The notes below the pieces were generated by a model that ran no database searches, was not told the origin of the DNA, and worked only from the letters and a program-made list of their open reading frames with translations. From Azolla caroliniana (Eukaryota; Plantae; Polypodiophyta): a DNA stretch of 12,283 nucleotides. Location: contig JBHGNT010001080.1 of assembly GCA_043228905.1 (NCBI GenBank), forward strand, positions 1 to 12,283. The letters run 5' to 3'. Within the stretch, counting starts at the first letter, position 1. Each line of letters begins with the position of its first letter. Positions 8,684 through 12,283 of this stretch are shown here, piece by piece. The translations under genes were made by a program, and so were the position numbers.

Positions 8684-8691
8684 TTTCGCGC
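8684..8691 (+). promoter_or_regulatory. E2F-type site TTTCGCGC
   Basis: Exact match to the TTTSSCGC consensus inside a CGCGCGCGC run, about 230 bp upstream of the ATG. Function untested. Confidence 0.45.
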
Positions 8692-8795
8692 GCGCACCGG
8701 TTTCTTGTATTTCCATAAAATGCCCCTCTCTCGACTTTCCCTTTATTTCCCCGACATGCCCCTGTGAGAGCTTCTCTTTGGTTTTCCAATGGTGG

Positions 8796-8884
8796 ATAAC
8801 CCTAGAGGACCAATCGGGAATCTCATGAAAACCCTATAATAACCCTAGAAGGCCATGCCAATAAGGACTCTCATGAAAACCTTA
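8796..8884. repeat. Degenerate direct repeat (8796-8836 / 8839-8884) rich in AACCCTA
   Basis: ATAACCCTAGA...CCAAT..GGA.TCTCATGAAAACCYTA occurs twice. Confidence 0.75.
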
Positions 8885-8898
8885 GATGATTAATCTAG

Positions 8899-8922
8899 TC
8901 TCTCTCTCTCTCTCTCTCTCTC
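8899..8922. repeat. (TC)12 microsatellite
   Basis: Read directly. Confidence 0.97.
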
Positions 8923-9018
8923 TTTTATCGTAATTACATTACCCTAGTGGTAAGTCATTACACTACTAGCCCTAGGTCTCCATTGGGCAACCTTACCAAC
9001 TGAACTAGGCCTCGGCCC

Positions 9019-9042
9019 TCTCTCTCTCTCTCTCTCTCTCTC
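9019..9042. repeat. (TC)12 microsatellite abutting the L1 3' end
   Basis: Read directly. Confidence 0.97.
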
Positions 9043-10281
9043 GTGAAAACACACAATTATATTAAAAAAATGTGTGTAAAAAACACTACTTACAATGGGT
9101 GCGACAATGGAGTATGGTCACCCACTAACTACACTGCATGGGTAGTGGAACATGTTGAATTGCCAATAGGCAAGACGAACACTCCACCGTGGAAAGAATT
9201 TCCACTTGCTCCAATAAAGAAAATGGCCACATTAGTACTCCCTTCAACTTTCGTAGATATGATTTCACTCCATGTCTACCATCAAATACAAAAGTGTTGC
9301 TCATATTCTAATTATGACGCAATCCCCAATATCTCATAAATGTTTAAACACCAATCTAGCCATGGTTGTTCTCTTGTTTGTAGAGGTAAGGGACCTTGCA
9401 TCAATGAAATATTTTGTAGTTGTTGCCAAATAAACCCATAATTAGGCGGAATTCGTAATAATTGTCGCACTTCAGCAAACTCCAAAATTCTTTGAGATGG
9501 AGCCTCGACTATATCTCCCACCTCTTTGACCCCCAAACGAAAAAAACGATTAAATTGAGAGCGCAATCTCTCCTTTTCTGACCAACATAATAACCGAGAA
9601 GACACAAGCAACTCTTTTTGGAAAGAATTACAATGCTCTCTACTAGATGATGGTTTCCATACACATAACAGGAGTGCTTCTTGCCATGAGGTAACCAAGT
9701 GTTGAACACGTGTAGAGCCCAGAATCCTAAGTGAAATACATCCATTCAGTAATTGCCACCATGAAGCCTTAATCGTTGTCCTCCCATGTGTTAAACCCTT
9801 GTTCTCAATGAAATATTGAACAATAGATATCCATGGTTATGAGTTTGAACACATATCTTGTAATAATGAAAATCTACGAGCCATCATGTGCTTAGATAAG
9901 TTCAATATTCCAGCTCCCCCCAAGCGCTTAGGGGTTGCTAGATGATTCCATGCAACCCAAGTTATTCACATCTTATCCCTCTTCTTCCACAACAAATATC
10001 GAAGAGGTTGCAAAATAGAATGCAAAACCTTCTTTGTCCATGGAAACAATGGCAAGTAATATAATATCATGGGTTCCATAATACATTGTACAACCTTCAA
10101 GCGTACATGAAATGGCCAAGATTGTGACTTCCAATCATAGTTCTAGCCATACGTCCCATTCGTGTCATACTCAAACGCCAATATTCGTATCATACTCATA
10201 CGTGAAAAGGCTCCAAGTATGATTGAAATCCATACGCGGTACATAGATATATTATATATACATATGGTGTATATGGTGTAC

Positions 10282-10337
<56 letters not shown>

Positions 10338-11592
10338 CGTGTGTGGTCTAGAGAGAGAAGCCCTATTTTGCATGTGTGAGGAGACAGTGAGTGAGTGTAT
10401 ATCTAGACTCTAGAGAGAGAGAGAGAGAGAGAGAGGAGCTATGGGTTTTGTCTGTGTGAGGGAGTATGTAATATGTTTATTAGATATCTAGATTTTGTAG
10501 AGAGAGAAAATCTGTTAGTTCTCGTGTGTGAGAGAGAGAGAGAGTGTGTGTGTATGTGTGTCAGATGTCACTTCTATTCACAAAATATTATGAATATCAA
10601 AAATTTAAAAAACCAAAAAAAAGTCAAAAAAAAAAAAGAAGCCAAACGAATATCGCGTATCATACGCGTACGTTTGCAAACGTTCGCGTACGTCCAGTAA
10701 ATTGGACGTACGCGAATATTAGGAACTATGCTTCCAATACATGAACTTATCCCTCAACTTACTAGACATCCATTCAATCAATTGACCATTTGTAACATTC
10801 ATTCCTAATGGATAGGTCAAGTGTCAAAAAATAGAGTCTTTCTTCACCACGGATCCTTGCCATCCTAAACATTCCAAATCCCTTTCAGTACATGATATGA
10901 GACTAGACTTCCTCCAATTAATATGTAATCTAAAAGCCAATGCAAATTGGTTCCATACAAGCATCCCCTTCTCAAGATTCTCTCGTGAGGCTTGTAGAAA
11001 TATGAAAGAATCATCAACCAAAGCTTGTGCTACTAGTTGCCCTCCAAACGGAAAGTGTAGACCCACAATATCACCATTTGTTGCAGGCATGGATAGCATC
11101 ACTAACAAGGGATGAGTAACAATAGCAAATAACAATGGACTAATAGGGCATCCTTGACGAACGGATCTTGTGAGGGTAATATCTTATGTAACTCCCCCAT
11201 TAAGCATTACTCGAGACACCACATCTTGTCCTAATAAAAATATGAGGCGAGACATACGAGGTCCAAAGCCCATTGTAGGCATTAACCTAGAAACAAAGGA
11301 CCAATTAACATGATCATAAGCTTTCTCCAAATCTAATTGCACCATAATCAATTGTTGATGAGTGTTTCGAGCATAATCCATGGCCATTTGAACATTCAAA
11401 ACATTATGCAATATATTACTGCCTGCAATAAAACCATATTGGGTGGGATGTATCAACTTTGGCAAATACTTTTGTAATCTATTTGTCAAGACCTTTGTAA
11501 ATATCTTATACAACCCCCCCCATCAAAGAAATTGGTCTCCATTGATGAAATTACTCTAGAGATGCCACCTTTGGAACTAATTTAATTAAACC
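9043..11592 (-). mobile_element. L1-type LINE ORF2 (RT and C-terminus), 5' part missing, pseudogenised, interrupted at 10136-10730
   Basis: GLIKLVPK..WRPISL/YKIFTKVLTNRL..QYGFI..LDLEKAYDHVNW..RQGCPISPLLF..QALVDDS..INWRKS..*HLTYPLG..WVAW..PKRLGGAGI..NTFVFDG. In-frame stops at 11186-11184 and 10826-10824, and a +1 slip in the C8 run at 11514-11521. Confidence 0.95.
10136..10730. mobile_element. Non-autonomous hAT-type DNA transposon (MITE-like), 595 bp
   Basis: 8-bp TSD CTTCCAAT at 10128-10135 and 10731-10738. TIR CATAGTTC (10136-10143) / GAACTATG (10723-10730). Removing the element and one TSD restores the L1 frame KFMYWK|SQSWPFHVRLK. Interior holds (TG)n/(GA)n tracts and no coding signal. 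Confidence 0.93.
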
Positions 11593-12283
11593 AACCACAT
11601 TATTAACTCCTTCCGGGTGGGCCAATGTCCTATTGGTGTGGACCATAGCTTCTTATACTTTGAGCTAAAATGCGATATCTCCAACGCCACCAACTCTAGT
11701 CAACCAAGCCATCACACCACAATACATTTTCCACATGAACTCTCTAACATCTACTCTTGACATGTTCAGGCCCATCCTCTCCTCTCTTTCCGCCTTGCCT
11801 TTAGAAAACCTTACTATGGAACTCACACACATCCTTCACTCCGCAACAATTAACAATTTCCCATATACGAAACACTCCAATTAGGGAGGAATAAGGTCTA
11901 TGCCACAAAATAGATGGTATGATGAGTATTGTAAAGACTTTTATAGACTACTTAAAGTATTGTGACTCAGTGGTACTATTACCTCAGTACATGCTTGCAA
12001 AGAAATGCGCAAGATGACATGTCGTAAGAGACGAGCGTGGGAGACATCTCAATATTGTGAACTCTACCATATGCTCGTGAGTAGCGATTATGCCACTGCA
12101 TGGAAGAGACTACGTGAACCAAGACCACAACCACCCATTGAGGATCCCAACACTGGCACACATATATAGAGAGACTTTATCATGTCCCGAACTAGCCACA
12201 CATTCCCATGCCTTCTACACCCAGACCTACCATGGGGACACTTTCCACAACCTCTAGGGTCACAAAGGTCATAAAGAAATTAC
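11593..12283 (+). mobile_element. RTEX/RTE-like LINE ORF2 fragment: end of APE endonuclease and EN-RT linker, running off the window
   Basis: INSFRVGQCPIGVDHSFLYFEL (VDH at 11638-11646 corresponds to APE SDH), NRWYDEYCK (WYDEYC 11915-11932, W[FY]D.EC motif), KEMRKMTCRKRRAWE, AWKRLR, WHTYIERLY, and VTKVIKKL at the window edge. Stops and frameshifts are present. Confidence 0.78.

Noticed and set aside
10143-10744. ORFs 10143..10373, 10473..10700 and 10544..10744
   Set aside because: Low-complexity translations of microsatellites and A-runs inside the MITE.

Overview
Eukaryotic, land-plant-type genomic DNA; the transposon content suggests a non-angiosperm such as a fern (inference only). The window has one intact host gene: spliceosomal core protein Sm D2 on the minus strand, with 5 coding exons (8457-8453, 8366-8339, 7620-7549, 5099-4995, 4454-4338), 108 aa and all GT-AG introns. 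Telo-boxes and an E2F-type site lie just upstream. The rest is layered transposon debris. It includes a decayed Penelope-like retroelement (RT motifs on + at ~1146-2200, a probable GIY-YIG fragment on - at ~19-351) and two RTEX/RTE-like LINE pieces (362-1092 -, 11593-end +). Copia integrase (-) and RT/RNase H (+) relics sit in Sm D2 intron 3, and an L1-type LINE (9043-11592 -) is interrupted by a 595-bp hAT-type non-autonomous element with a perfect 8-bp TSD. Several micro- and minisatellites are present. Most short ORFs in the supplied track are shadows or fragments of these relics. I see no intact novel multi-gene system; the most unusual signal is the Penelope-like element. All family assignments come from motif recognition by eye, not from searches.
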